A stretch of 52,402 nt of DNA from Candidatus Zambryskiibacteriota bacterium (GCA_009691335.1 SICR01000001.1:1-52402); one strand, 5' to 3'. Shown: positions 16,947-27,447, numbered from the stretch's first letter. Translations and numbers: made by a program. Notes: generated from the sequence alone by a model not told the origin.

Positions 16947-17675
16947 CTAAGTGACAACCTCTATTTTGGGGCCGAAATCTAGTGGAATAATTTCTTTTAC
17001 TGGAACCTTTTTAATAAGTTCTATTATCTCATCGTGATTGTCGGTGATTGTGAACAAGTTCATATCTTCTGGTCGTATCATGTCGCGTGACAAGAGCTCG
17101 CTTTCTAATAAGTTTTTTATTTTGTTCCAGTATTCGCTGCCGACGCAGATGATAGGCGCACCACCGATTTTCCTAGTTTGAAGGAGGGTAATAATTTCGA
17201 AGAATTCGTCCAGTGTGCCAAAGCCACCAGGGTAGAAGATGAAAACTTCTGCGCCGAAGGCTAGACAAACTTTCCTAGCGAAGAAATAATGGAAACTGAC
17301 GCTCTTTTTGATATAAGCATTGGTTGGCTGTTCTGTCGGGAGCTTGATAAGCAGACCGATAGAATTACCGCCTGCCTCGTAGGCTCCCCTGTCGGCAGCC
17401 TCCATGATGCCTGGGCCACCTCCGGAGACTATTGAGTAACCGAGCTCCTTGACTATTCGTGCGGAGAGGTTCCTAGCGCTTTGGTAATAATAGTCGGCTT
17501 CTCTGGTCTGGTTAGAGCCGAAGAATGTTACAGACCTCGGATAATCCTCAAGGAACTTGAACCCTTCCGTAAACTCCTTGGCAATCTCGGCTATCCTCTC
17601 TATCGAGACCCTTTGCATTTCTTCGCGGGTAAGGGTTGCGGTATTCACCAATTCTTTTTTAGTTATTTCATCCAT
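16947..17675 (-). CDS. LOG-family (TIGR00730-type) Rossmann-fold nucleotide-binding protein
   Basis: GGGPGIMEA and PGGFGTLDE motifs; 242 aa. Confidence 0.85.
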   Translation of the reverse strand: MDEITKKELVNTATLTREEMQRVSIERIAEIAKEFTEGFKFLEDYPRSVTFFGSNQTREADYYYQSARNLSARIVKELGYSIVSGGGPGIMEAADRGAYEAGGNSIGLLIKLPTEQPTNAYIKKSVSFHYFFARKVCLAFGAEVFIFYPGGFGTLDEFFEIITLLQTRKIGGAPIICVGSEYWNKIKNLLESELLSRDMIRPEDMNLFTITDNHDEIIELIKKVPVKEIIPLDFGPKIEVVT

Positions 17676-17715
17676 AAAAATATGATACCATATTGGTTAT
17701 AGTAACAGAATAAAA

Positions 17716-18186
17716 ATGAAGAAATTAACCAAAACCGAAGGTATAGGAGTATTCGCGGGGATTGCTTTGTTGACGTATGTATTCTTTTCCGGTCCTTTAT
17801 TGGCGCTCTTTAATATCAGTAAGACCCAGGTAAATATGGATAACCAAGAATTGCCTCAAACAGGCCTTGTCAAAGTAGATTTGGTGGTGGGTACAGGAGA
17901 TGTCGCCCAAGCGGGGGATAATATTACCGCTCATTATGTCGGAAAACTTCCTAACGGTCAGGTCTTTGACAGTTCGCGCGATAGAGATATTCCTATCCAA
18001 TTTACTTTAGGCACCGGACAGGTTATCAAAGGTTGGGATGAAGGAGTTAGTGGTATGAGAGTCGGAGGTAAGCGCTTGTTGAAGATTGCTCCGGACTATG
18101 GATACGGTGATCGTCCTGTTGGTACAATACCTGCCAACTCAACGCTTGTATTCGAAGTTGAACTTCTGAAAGTAGAAAGGCCATAG
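17716..18186 (+). CDS. FKBP-type peptidyl-prolyl cis-trans isomerase (secreted or anchored)
   Basis: N-terminal hydrophobic segment followed by an FKBP domain (HYVGKLPNGQVFDSS, VIKGWDEG, LVFEVELL). Confidence 0.85.
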   Translation: MKKLTKTEGIGVFAGIALLTYVFFSGPLLALFNISKTQVNMDNQELPQTGLVKVDLVVGTGDVAQAGDNITAHYVGKLPNGQVFDSSRDRDIPIQFTLGTGQVIKGWDEGVSGMRVGGKRLLKIAPDYGYGDRPVGTIPANSTLVFEVELLKVERP

Positions 18187-18190
18187 CAAA

Positions 18191-18856
18191 ATGGAGATAG
18201 ATTTCTCAAATCTCCATCATGCTTATCTAGTTATTGGAGGTTCTCTAGAGGGGGAGCGAGCCGTCCATGAATTTTTTGCCAGCCATGCGGTCAGACTCAC
18301 TGGTTCGCCCGACTTCTTCTTGTACAAAGAGCCCTTGTTCGGCATAGAAGAGGCTAGAGGTGTCTCCGTTGTTGCGGCTCGCAGGGCGTTTACTGAACGG
18401 AAAGTTTTCCTGATTGCTCCTGAACGCATTACTCTTGAAGCTCAAAATGCGTTACTCAAGACATTTGAAGAACCGGTACCGTCTACACATTTTTTCCTAG
18501 TGTCTAGAGAAGAAAATCTCATCATTCCGACACTGCGCTCGCGTATGGAAATCGTAAGGATGACAAGTCTGAACCTTGTCCGGTCTGGACAAGGTTCAGA
18601 CTTGTCATCTGTGAGTGATGCCAAGAGTGATGCCAAAAAGTTCCTGAAACTTCCTTTGAAAGAGAGGTTAACCTTCGCCAAGAAATTCGCAGAAAGGGAG
18701 TTGAATGTCTCTGTTTTCCTCGATGAACTCCTGATCATTTTGAAGGAATCTAATTCCACAAAGGACATTAAAGAGGTCTATCCCTTAAGGCTCGAAAGCG
18801 ATGGTCGGGCGGTATCCGCACGATTAATTCTTGAGCATTTATCCTTAGTGCTATAA
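18191..18856 (+). CDS. holB: DNA polymerase III delta-prime-like clamp-loader subunit (short)
   Basis: LEAQNALLKTFEEP motif followed by TLRSR. No P-loop is present; 221 aa. Confidence 0.6.
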   Translation: MEIDFSNLHHAYLVIGGSLEGERAVHEFFASHAVRLTGSPDFFLYKEPLFGIEEARGVSVVAARRAFTERKVFLIAPERITLEAQNALLKTFEEPVPSTHFFLVSREENLIIPTLRSRMEIVRMTSLNLVRSGQGSDLSSVSDAKSDAKKFLKLPLKERLTFAKKFAERELNVSVFLDELLIILKESNSTKDIKEVYPLRLESDGRAVSARLILEHLSLVL

Positions 18857-18863
18857 TTCAAAC

Positions 18864-19376
18864 ATGGAATATTTAGGAATTTTAGAATGGTTGCGCAATG
18901 AATACGCCGGGATAAGAAGCGGACAAGCTACCCCGGCTATTCTTGATAGAGTTGTGGTCGAGGTCTATGGCAGTCCTATGGCTATAAATCAGCTCGCTAC
19001 TATTACTATAAGCGACTCTCGTTCTCTTCGTATTGTTCCCTGGGATAAGACTGTTATTAATTCTATTGATTCTGGAGTTCGGCAATCCAATCTCGGAGTC
19101 TCAGTAGTTACCGACTCGGAAGGTTTGAGAGTTTCCTTCCCACAACTTACAGCGGAGAATCGCCAAACGCTTTTGAAGCTGGCCAAACAAAAGCTTGAGG
19201 ACGCTCGTATTAAGGTTAGGAATGAGAGACAGAAAGTTCTAGACGATATCGAGAAGAGGGGGGCAGGAGAAGATGAGCAGAAAAGATTTAAAAATGAGCT
19301 CCAGAAATCGGTAGATGAAGCGAACAAAAAGCTTGAGGAACTGTATCATAAGAAAGAATCCGAACTCATGGGATGA
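18864..19376 (+). CDS. frr: Ribosome recycling factor
   Basis: 170 aa with typical RRF composition (LTAENRQTLLKLAKQ..., ISEDEQKR-like segment). Confidence 0.9.
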   Translation: MEYLGILEWLRNEYAGIRSGQATPAILDRVVVEVYGSPMAINQLATITISDSRSLRIVPWDKTVINSIDSGVRQSNLGVSVVTDSEGLRVSFPQLTAENRQTLLKLAKQKLEDARIKVRNERQKVLDDIEKRGAGEDEQKRFKNELQKSVDEANKKLEELYHKKESELMG

Positions 19377-19398
19377 TTTCATATTAACTTCTTGAACA

Positions 19399-20232
19399 AT
19401 GTCAGTCATAGTCTTTTTAGTAATTTTAAGTATTTTGGTACTTGTACATGAATTAGGACACTTCGGTGTGGCAAAGTTTTTTGGTATTAGAGTCGATGAG
19501 TTTGGCCTAGGTTATCCTCCGAGAGCAAAGAAGTTGTTCAAGTGGAAGGGAACCGACTTTACTTTAAACTGGCTGCCGTTCGGCGGGTTTGTGAAGATTT
19601 TTGGGGAAAATCCCACAGATTCCCCTAAGAAGGACCTAGGGGAATCTGTGGGACATTACTCTGGGGCTTCCTCGGTGGATAATTTTCAATATAAGAACCG
19701 AGGCGTGCAATCTTTAGTCTTGGTGGCGGGGGTAGTTTGTAATTTCCTATTCGCTTGGCTTCTAATATTTATAGTTTTGATAACTGGACTCTCAGCACCG
19801 CTAGAAGCCGCTCAAAACGGACACCTCTCTGTCGTCGAGGCGGTACCAGAGAGTTTGCGGATAAGTGCAGTACTAACTCTTAAAACGACACAAGCTCTGA
19901 GTATCTTTATTTCCCAAGCTGTGGTTGGACACGCTGATCTCTCTACTGTTACGGGCCCTGTCGGTTTGGTTGGTTTAGTGGGGGAAGTTTCTGGATTAGG
20001 CTTTGGCTATCTATTAACCTTTATCGCACTTATTTCCATCAACCTTTGCATTATCAATCTCTTGCCATTCCCGGCGCTTGATGGAGGACGACTTATATTT
20101 GTAGTTCTCGAAGCTATTAGTAGACGTTCTATACCTGCAAGGATATTCAACGCTATCAACGCGGTAGGATTTGCTCTGCTAATCTTCCTTATGATATTGA
20201 TTACTATCCGCGACGTTAAAAATATTTTATAA
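19399..20232 (+). CDS. Site-2 (M50) intramembrane metalloprotease, RseP-like, without an obvious PDZ domain
   Basis: HELGHF zinc motif in the first TM helix and a LPFPALDGG motif near the C-terminus; 277 aa. Confidence 0.8.
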   Translation: MSVIVFLVILSILVLVHELGHFGVAKFFGIRVDEFGLGYPPRAKKLFKWKGTDFTLNWLPFGGFVKIFGENPTDSPKKDLGESVGHYSGASSVDNFQYKNRGVQSLVLVAGVVCNFLFAWLLIFIVLITGLSAPLEAAQNGHLSVVEAVPESLRISAVLTLKTTQALSIFISQAVVGHADLSTVTGPVGLVGLVGEVSGLGFGYLLTFIALISINLCIINLLPFPALDGGRLIFVVLEAISRRSIPARIFNAINAVGFALLIFLMILITIRDVKNIL

Positions 20233-20234
20233 AA

Positions 20235-20259
20235 AACCATCGCAAGACGTGCGATGGTT
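20235..20259. terminator. Hairpin terminator (10-bp stem) flanked by an A-run and a T-run
   Basis: aaccatcgca pairs with tgcgatggtt across a 5-nt loop. The U-run is on the minus-strand side, so it may act in both directions. Confidence 0.55.
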
Positions 20260-20473
20260 GGAAGGATGGTTACGAGTTGATTTGGCCAACTCATCGCCGA
20301 GGATTGGAGTGCGACACTGGATGACTCGGATGGACCCGCAACATTATTTTGCCGAGGATACAGGCGAGGGTCAGTGTCGCACGGTTATAATAGTACCACA
20401 TTAGGCTTAGCATAGCAAGGAGAATTATCGTCCGATATTTGGGAATTTTTGAATGAAGATGTAAAATAGTGCT

Positions 20474-21778
20474 ATGAGACAAAGTAGACTTTTTACCAAA
20501 ACGCGTCGCGAAGCTCCCGCTGATGAAGTTTCTAAAAACGCCATCCTTCTCACTCGTGCCGGCTTCATCAACAAGGAAATGGCCGGGGTATATTCCTATC
20601 TGCCTCTTGGTTGGAGGGTGATACAGAATCTTAAAAGAGTTATAGCGGAGGAGATGGAGAAGCTTGGAAGTCGGGAAATACTCATGTCTACTCTTCAGAA
20701 TAAAGGAGTCTGGGAGAAAACAGATAGATGGGATGATGAGAGAGTTGATGTCTGGTTTAAGTCAAAATTGAAAAACGACACCGAGATAGGTTTCGGCTGG
20801 TCGCATGAAGAGCCTATCGCGGAAATGATGAAGTCTCACGTGAAGAGCTACAACGACCTTCCAGTCTCCGTCCACCAATTCCAGAATAAGTTAAGGAACG
20901 AGGTGCGTGCCAAGAGCGGTATTATGCGTTGTCGAGAGTTTATCATGAAGGACATGTATTTCTTCGCCGAAACTGAGGCAGAAAATCTCTCTTTCTACGA
21001 AAGCGCTATTGCCGCGTATAGTAAAGTGTTTGATCGCGTTGGCTTGGGCAATATTACTTACGTAACTTCCGCTTCCGGAGGGATGTTTACCGACAAGTTC
21101 AGCCACGAGTTCCAGACACTCTGTGATGCCGGTGAGGACTATATTTATGTCAACACGGAGAGGAGGCTGGCATTGAATGAAGAGGTTTGGAATGAGAAGA
21201 CTGTGAGTGAACTAGGACTAAAGGAGTCCGACTTTGAAAAGAAGAGTGCTGTTGAAGTTGGCAACATCTTCAACTTTGGGACCAAGAAGTCTGAGGACCT
21301 CGGGCTTATCATCCAAAATCAAAGTGGCGAGAAGCAGTCTGTCCACCTTTCTTCCTATGGTATAGGAGTTAGTAGACTTATGGGTACTATTGTCGAGGTG
21401 CTCTCGGACGAGAAGGGTATGATCTGGCCCAAAGAGGTTGCGCCATTTAGAGTCCATCTGATTTTTCTAGGGCATGATGGCGTTCTCAAGGAATTAGCTG
21501 ACAAAATTTACAATGCGATGCTTTCAGAGAATATTGAAGTGCTTTATGATGATCGGGATTTGCGCGCGGGGGAGAAATTTGCCGATGCAGACCTTATAGG
21601 CATTCCTACTCGAGTAGTAATAGGAGGCAAAACAGTAGAATCTAAAATGCTTGAAGTCAAAGACCGTGGTTCAGATGATGTCCTGATGATGACGCTGGAG
21701 CATCTAATAGAGAAGCTTAATTCCTCGACTTCCTTCGACAAAGTTCAGGATAAATCGCTCGGGACAAGAAGCTACTAA
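20474..21778 (+). CDS. proS: Prolyl-tRNA synthetase, short form without the INS editing domain
   Basis: N-terminus MRQSRLFTKTRRE...S.NA.LL.RAG, class II motifs and an anticodon-binding C-terminus; 434 aa. Confidence 0.9.
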   Translation: MRQSRLFTKTRREAPADEVSKNAILLTRAGFINKEMAGVYSYLPLGWRVIQNLKRVIAEEMEKLGSREILMSTLQNKGVWEKTDRWDDERVDVWFKSKLKNDTEIGFGWSHEEPIAEMMKSHVKSYNDLPVSVHQFQNKLRNEVRAKSGIMRCREFIMKDMYFFAETEAENLSFYESAIAAYSKVFDRVGLGNITYVTSASGGMFTDKFSHEFQTLCDAGEDYIYVNTERRLALNEEVWNEKTVSELGLKESDFEKKSAVEVGNIFNFGTKKSEDLGLIIQNQSGEKQSVHLSSYGIGVSRLMGTIVEVLSDEKGMIWPKEVAPFRVHLIFLGHDGVLKELADKIYNAMLSENIEVLYDDRDLRAGEKFADADLIGIPTRVVIGGKTVESKMLEVKDRGSDDVLMMTLEHLIEKLNSSTSFDKVQDKSLGTRSY

Positions 21779-22845
21779 TGTTTAATTTTTTTGATTTAAA
21801 AAGATGGAAAAGATTATTCTCCCATGACGTGGGCATAGATCTTGGTACTGCCAACACTTTGGTCTATATGCGTGGCAAGGGCATTATCATTAACGAACCA
21901 TCAGTTGTGGCAGTCAATCAGAAGACAGGACAAGTAGTAGCAATAGGCACTGATGCCAAAGCCATGCTCGGCCGCACCCCCCAACATATTACCGCTATTA
22001 AGCCTTTGGTTGACGGAGTTATCTCAGATTTCGAGACTACGGAAGAGATGATCTCTTACTTATTGGGCAAGGCCACAGCTGGTTCGAACAAAATATTTTC
22101 TCCTCGGGTCGTCGTGGGCGTGCCTTCCAATATTACTAACGTTGAGATTCGCGCTGTCCGCGATGCTACTAGAAATGCTGGTGCCGGGGAAGTGCATATT
22201 GTTGAAGAGCCGATGGCAGCCGCCATCGGCATGAGACTTCCAATCTATGAACCGGTAGGCAATATGGTTATAGATATTGGCGGAGGCACTACAGACATTG
22301 CCGTCATCTCGCTCGGAGGAGTAGTGCGTTCCAAAAATATTCGCATTGCCGGTGACAAATTTAATTCGGATATTGTCTCTTATGTCAGGAATCAATTTAA
22401 AATTCTCATTGGCGAGAAGACTGCCGAGATGGTAAAGACTTCCATCGGTTCTGTGCTACCCACTCACGCTCCACTAGAAGCATCTGTCAAAGGTAGGGAC
22501 CTTGTTACTGGGCTTCCCAAAGAAGTAATCCTAACCGACACTGACATCAGGGAAGCGCTCTCACAGTCTATTGAGAGTCTAATTGAGTCAACTCGCGAAG
22601 TGCTCGAGTCAACCCCTCCGGAGATTCTCTCTGATATCATGGCCCGTGGCCTCTTCCTCTCTGGTGGCGGAGCGTTACTGAAGGGCCTCCCTGAACTTAT
22701 TGAAAACGAAATCAATATACCTGTCCATGTCACTGGTGATCCGCTCACGGCCGTAGCCAGAGGCTGTGGCATTATCCTTGAGGATTTGGATAATTTCAGC
22801 GACATACTCATTGCCAATGAAGATGAACTACCTCCTAAAAAATAG
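21778..22845 (+). CDS. mreB: Rod shape-determining protein MreB
   Basis: GIDLGTANTLVY, VIDIGGGTTD and LSGGGALL motifs. Confidence 0.9.
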   Translation: MFNFFDLKRWKRLFSHDVGIDLGTANTLVYMRGKGIIINEPSVVAVNQKTGQVVAIGTDAKAMLGRTPQHITAIKPLVDGVISDFETTEEMISYLLGKATAGSNKIFSPRVVVGVPSNITNVEIRAVRDATRNAGAGEVHIVEEPMAAAIGMRLPIYEPVGNMVIDIGGGTTDIAVISLGGVVRSKNIRIAGDKFNSDIVSYVRNQFKILIGEKTAEMVKTSIGSVLPTHAPLEASVKGRDLVTGLPKEVILTDTDIREALSQSIESLIESTREVLESTPPEILSDIMARGLFLSGGGALLKGLPELIENEINIPVHVTGDPLTAVARGCGIILEDLDNFSDILIANEDELPPKK

Positions 22846-23599
22846 ACATAAAAAGAATTATTCCAGGAAAATAATTTTTATTATTGGCCTTTTTATTCTT
22901 GGAGCATTGGCTTTTTCACTTTTCGATAACTTGTTGATTAAAATAATTTCACCTTTATGGCGTGCAGAGAACGGATTCTCAAGAGGCCTTGGTAGAAGCG
23001 CTGATTTCTTTCGCAGTAGACAGGCACTCATGAGAGAAAACGGCACTCTTAAAGAAAGGTTATCATCTTTGGAATTGGAAGTTTCAGAACTTTCTCTAAA
23101 GAAGATTGAATTGGCAAATCTTGAGTCGCTTCTGGGACGGACAGTTTATAAGGAGAGTATAGCTGCGGGAGTTTTGACGCATCCACCGCAATCTCCATAT
23201 GATTTGGTAGTTGTTGATGCAGGCGCACATGATGGAATTACTGTTGGGGCTAGAGTAACTCTGCCGGAGGGGCCTCTCTTGGGAGAAGTTTCCGAAGTGT
23301 TCCCGACCTTTTCCAAAGTAAAGCTCTTCTCAACCTCGGGAGAAAAGACTGATGCAGTGCTTGAGCGGCATCAAGTTCCGGTGCAATTGGAAGGTATGGG
23401 AGCAGGAAACTTCAAAATAATAGTGCCGCGAGAAACCGAGGTAGTACTTGGAGACAGAGTACTCTCCTCATCTCTTGGCTCAAGTTTGGTGGCTGTTGTT
23501 GAGGATATTAAGGTGACCTCGACGGATCCATTCAAGGAAATTTTGGCTAAGAGTCCAGCCAACATCTTTTCCATAAGATATGTCAGTGTCATAAAATGA
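22817..23599 (+). CDS. mreC: Rod shape-determining protein MreC
   Basis: TM anchor, coiled-coil segment and beta-rich C-terminal domain. It lies between mreB and mreD. The start codon is uncertain (22817 or 22823). Confidence 0.7.
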   Translation: MKMNYLLKNRHKKNYSRKIIFIIGLFILGALAFSLFDNLLIKIISPLWRAENGFSRGLGRSADFFRSRQALMRENGTLKERLSSLELEVSELSLKKIELANLESLLGRTVYKESIAAGVLTHPPQSPYDLVVVDAGAHDGITVGARVTLPEGPLLGEVSEVFPTFSKVKLFSTSGEKTDAVLERHQVPVQLEGMGAGNFKIIVPRETEVVLGDRVLSSSLGSSLVAVVEDIKVTSTDPFKEILAKSPANIFSIRYVSVIK

Positions 23600-23859
23600 G
23601 AAAAAGAAATTTAAGTTCGCTCGCATTATTTCTGGCGATTATCTTCTTGCCTTACTGGATTTATCTGCCTCTTCTTCTGGTTGCGGTCATTATCTTCCCT
23701 TTATATTGGGAAGGAATTCTTTTCGGATTCTTTATAGATATTCTATATGGTCGCGGGGTAACTGCTTTCCCCTCACTCCTTTCGCCGATAGCTTTTATCA
23801 CGGTAATTCTCATCATCGTTTTACTCCCCTTAAGAGAACGCTTACGCTTCAATGTCTAA
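23596..23859 (+). CDS. mreD: MreD-like small membrane protein
   Basis: 87-aa polytopic membrane protein located between mreC and mrdA. This is a positional call. Confidence 0.5.
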   Translation: MRKRNLSSLALFLAIIFLPYWIYLPLLLVAVIIFPLYWEGILFGFFIDILYGRGVTAFPSLLSPIAFITVILIIVLLPLRERLRFNV

Positions 23860-25573
23860 ATTATTCTTTAAAAGAATAAGAAATTATTTCGGAGGGTCTT
23901 CGCGTGTTAAAAGGAAATATCAAGATATTAACCCCGAGGATATCTTCCTTGATTCTACCAATCTACCAGGTTTTGAGGAACATGCGTTAGAGGGTCGTAT
24001 CGAGAAGCCTATTGGGAATGCAACCTTTGTGGTTACAAGGGTCATATTAAGTTTTTTGATACTGGTTCTCATAGGTAAACTTTGGATTCTGGCTATCAAA
24101 GATGGCAGTGTTTACGCAGAGATTAGCGAGAATAATCGTCTGGAGCAAACACTTATCTTTGCCAACCGTGGCGCTATTCTGGACAGAAACGGTGTTGAAC
24201 TCGCTACCAACGATATCAAGGGTGAGAAATCAGATTTTGCCGGCCGGAATTATGCTGGTATAGAAGGGCTTTCTCATATTGTCGGTTATGTGAAGTATCC
24301 ATTGGTAGATAAGGCTGGTGTATATTATGAGAAAGAATATCGGGCCAAGGATGGTGTGGAACTTGTCTATGATGAGGAACTTAGAGGCAAGAATGGCAGT
24401 AAGCTTGTAGAGACTGATGTGACAGGTGAGGTGACATCAGAGAGCGTGGTTGACAAGCCGGAGGACGGTGGCAGTGTTACTTTATCTATTGATGCGCTTT
24501 TGACCCAAGAACTCTACAAGGCTGTATCCTCTCTTGCTCGTTCGAGCAAGTTTATCGGAGGAGCTGGGGTCATTATGGATGTTAACACCGGAGAAATCAT
24601 CGCCCTGACAAGTTACCCTCAGTATGACCAGAATTTGATGACTGGAGGTATTGACCAGAAGACTTTAAATTCTCTTGTAAATAATCCCGCTACCCCGTTC
24701 CTCAATCGCGTAGTTGGCGGTCTCTATACTCCTGGGTCAATAGTAAAACCTATCATCGCTTTGGCCGCTCTCAAGGAAAATATTATCTCTCCAAACAAGG
24801 AAATTTTGAGTACAGGCTTCATCACTGTACCGAATCCGTATAATCCAGCGAAACCCACTATCTTTAAGGATTGGAAAGCTCATGGTTGGACCAATATGAC
24901 CGAGGCGTTGGCAGTTTCTTCTGACACTTACTTTTACTCTATTGGCGGAGGATTCGGTGATCAAAGGGGTCTTGGGATAACGCTCATGGACAAATATTTA
25001 GAACAATTTGGACTTAAGGATCAGACTGGCATAAAACTTTTCGGCGAACTTAAGGGCGTCATACCGACTCCGCAGTGGAAGAAAGAGAAATTTGATGGAG
25101 ATATTTGGCGTTTAGGTGATACTTACATTACCTCCATCGGTCAATATGGTACTCAAGTCACTCCCATCAATACCGTTAGATTCGTCGCCGCTATCGCAAA
25201 CAAGGGAAAACTTCTCAAACCATCACTTCTTCTCGGTGGGGAGAAAGATTCGGTGGTAAAGACTCTCGATTTCTCTGAGAGCGATTGGCAAATAGTGCAT
25301 GATGGTATGCGAGAGGGTGTCACTTATGGTACTTCAGTCGGATTAAACGTCCTATACGTCAAAGCGGCTGGTAAGACCGGTACAGCTGAAGTGGGAAGTG
25401 GGAAATCCTACACTCATTCTTGGTCTGTAGGGTTTTTCCCTTATGAAGATCCTAGGTATGCTTGGGCGGTTATCCTCGAAAAGGGTCCGGCATCCAATAC
25501 CGTAGGAGCCACCTCAGTTATGCGTCAAGTATTTGACTGGATGAGTATTAATAGTCCGAATTATTTTAAATAA
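23852..25573 (+). CDS. mrdA: Penicillin-binding protein 2 (class B transpeptidase)
   Basis: SIVK (SxxK), SSD and KTGTA boxes, with an N-terminal TM anchor. Confidence 0.85.
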   Translation: MSKLFFKRIRNYFGGSSRVKRKYQDINPEDIFLDSTNLPGFEEHALEGRIEKPIGNATFVVTRVILSFLILVLIGKLWILAIKDGSVYAEISENNRLEQTLIFANRGAILDRNGVELATNDIKGEKSDFAGRNYAGIEGLSHIVGYVKYPLVDKAGVYYEKEYRAKDGVELVYDEELRGKNGSKLVETDVTGEVTSESVVDKPEDGGSVTLSIDALLTQELYKAVSSLARSSKFIGGAGVIMDVNTGEIIALTSYPQYDQNLMTGGIDQKTLNSLVNNPATPFLNRVVGGLYTPGSIVKPIIALAALKENIISPNKEILSTGFITVPNPYNPAKPTIFKDWKAHGWTNMTEALAVSSDTYFYSIGGGFGDQRGLGITLMDKYLEQFGLKDQTGIKLFGELKGVIPTPQWKKEKFDGDIWRLGDTYITSIGQYGTQVTPINTVRFVAAIANKGKLLKPSLLLGGEKDSVVKTLDFSESDWQIVHDGMREGVTYGTSVGLNVLYVKAAGKTGTAEVGSGKSYTHSWSVGFFPYEDPRYAWAVILEKGPASNTVGATSVMRQVFDWMSINSPNYFK

Positions 25574-25624
25574 CTTGCACTATCGACAGAACAAAGGTAA
25601 TATATCACCCAATAATTAAAAAAT

Positions 25625-26092
25625 ATGCAGACTGAAACAGATTATCTAACCAAAGAAAAGTTTGCTGAACTAGAGAAGGAACTTGGATTTCTCAAGACTA
25701 CTAAGAGGAAGGATGTGGCCGATGCTCTAGAGTATGCCAAGTCATTGGGCGATCTGTCTGAGAATCAGGAATACCAAGAAGCTCGCGACAGTCAGGCAGT
25801 CCTTGAGGACCGTATCAAACGCTTAGAGCAAATTCTCAAATCTGCGGCCATAGTTTCTACTCGGAGTTCTGATGTAGTTGCCGTAGGCTCTATGATGACC
25901 GTCGAGAAAGAATCAGACAAGTCTCGCAAAGTCTACACCATTGTCGGTTCGGAAGAAGCGGATGCCTCATCCGGCAAAATCTCCATACGCTCGCCACTAG
26001 GTCTCTCTGCCATGGGCAAATCCAAGGGGGGGACATTCTCATTTGAGACTCCAAATGGTATGATGTCGTATAAGATTATCGACATTAAGTAA
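25625..26092 (+). CDS. greA: Transcription elongation factor GreA
   Basis: Coiled-coil N-terminus containing GDLSENQEY, and a FKBP-like C-terminal domain; 155 aa. Confidence 0.9.
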   Translation: MQTETDYLTKEKFAELEKELGFLKTTKRKDVADALEYAKSLGDLSENQEYQEARDSQAVLEDRIKRLEQILKSAAIVSTRSSDVVAVGSMMTVEKESDKSRKVYTIVGSEEADASSGKISIRSPLGLSAMGKSKGGTFSFETPNGMMSYKIIDIK

Positions 26093-27447
26093 TGGCTTCA
26101 CAAGACGAAATACGTGCTACTCGGCTCGCAAAACTCGACCTTTTGACAAAACAGGGTGTTAATCCTTATCCGGCGACTACGGAGCGTACTCACAGCAATC
26201 GGCAGGCAGTTGAGAAGTTTGATGAGCTTTCTAAGGCAGGACAAATAATTCTTGTTGGCCGTATTATGTCATTGCGTGCGCAGGGGAAAATAATTTTTTT
26301 TGACTTCGATGACGGCACGGCTCGCTTCCAGGCCTTTTTAAAGAAAGGTGAGCCATTATCCGAGGAGGCTTTCGAACTTTTTGAAAAAGTATTTGATATA
26401 GGTGATTTCGCAGAAGTAAAGGGTAGTTTGTTTCTGACTAAACAAAACGAAAAGACAATTCTTGCCGAGTCTGTACGAATGTTGTCCAAGTCTCTCTTGC
26501 CGTTGCCGGAGAAGTGGCATGGTTTATCTGATGTAGAAGAGCGTTTTCGCAAGCGTTATCTTGATATTCTTTCAAATCCTGAAGTCAAAGAGAGATTTAT
26601 AAAGCGCTCTAAGATTATAGAGTTAATGAGGCAATTTTATTTAGAAAAGGGATTTATAGAGGTCGACCTTCCGAACTTACAGCCTTTAGCTGGTGGAGCT
26701 ACGGCTCAACCATTCAAAACGCATCACAATGCACTTGATATAGATTTTTACCTACCTATCGCACAAGAGCTTTATCTCAAGGAACTTCTGGCTGGAGGAT
26801 TCGATAAAGTTTTTGAAATTGGTAAGCGTTTCAGGAATGAAGGTATTGATACCAGTCACAATCCGGAATTTACCATGCTTGAATCAAACGAGGCTTATGC
26901 GGATGCAGTAAGTCAGCGTAAGTTTACTGAAGAGCTTTTCAAATATGTGGTCAAGGGATTGTTTGGCAAACTTCAGTTTGAATACCAAGGGCAGACTATA
27001 GATCTTGAGCCCGATTTTAAAGTTATGAAGTATCCCAGCGTCTCTGATGAAGAATACAAAAAAGAAATTCGACCAACTCTCGTCCAACCAACTTTTCTCA
27101 TAGATTATCCGGTTTCATTTAATCCCTTCGCGAAGAGGAAAGAAGATAATCCAGATCTTATCGATCGCTTCCAGCTTGTTATAGCCGGTGTTGAGTTGGT
27201 CAATGCCTTTGCCGAACTCAATAATCCTATAGACCAGCAAGAACGCTATCTGGAGGAAGACAAGAAGGGTAAGTCTGGTGATAAAGAAATCTCTCCGTCG
27301 GATATGGAATATTTGGAAGCTATGGAATACGGTATGCCTCCGAACGGCGGTATTGGTATTGGTGTAGACCGCCTTGTAATGCTTCTAACAGATGTGAAGA
27401 ATATCAAGGAAGTCATTCTATTCCCGACCCTTAAACCAAAGCAATAA
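26092..27447 (+). CDS. lysS: Lysyl-tRNA synthetase (class II)
   Basis: OB-fold N-terminus, FRNEGID and NPEFTMLE motifs, and a GxGxGxDR motif 3 (GIGIGVDRL). Confidence 0.9.
   Translation: MASQDEIRATRLAKLDLLTKQGVNPYPATTERTHSNRQAVEKFDELSKAGQIILVGRIMSLRAQGKIIFFDFDDGTARFQAFLKKGEPLSEEAFELFEKVFDIGDFAEVKGSLFLTKQNEKTILAESVRMLSKSLLPLPEKWHGLSDVEERFRKRYLDILSNPEVKERFIKRSKIIELMRQFYLEKGFIEVDLPNLQPLAGGATAQPFKTHHNALDIDFYLPIAQELYLKELLAGGFDKVFEIGKRFRNEGIDTSHNPEFTMLESNEAYADAVSQRKFTEELFKYVVKGLFGKLQFEYQGQTIDLEPDFKVMKYPSVSDEEYKKEIRPTLVQPTFLIDYPVSFNPFAKRKEDNPDLIDRFQLVIAGVELVNAFAELNNPIDQQERYLEEDKKGKSGDKEISPSDMEYLEAMEYGMPPNGGIGIGVDRLVMLLTDVKNIKEVILFPTLKPKQ

Noticed and set aside
20263-20473. A T-box leader upstream of proS.
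   Set aside because: There is no recognisable T-box sequence (AAnnnGGGUGGUACCGCG) on the plus strand. The only partial match (AAUGUGGUAC) is on the wrong strand.
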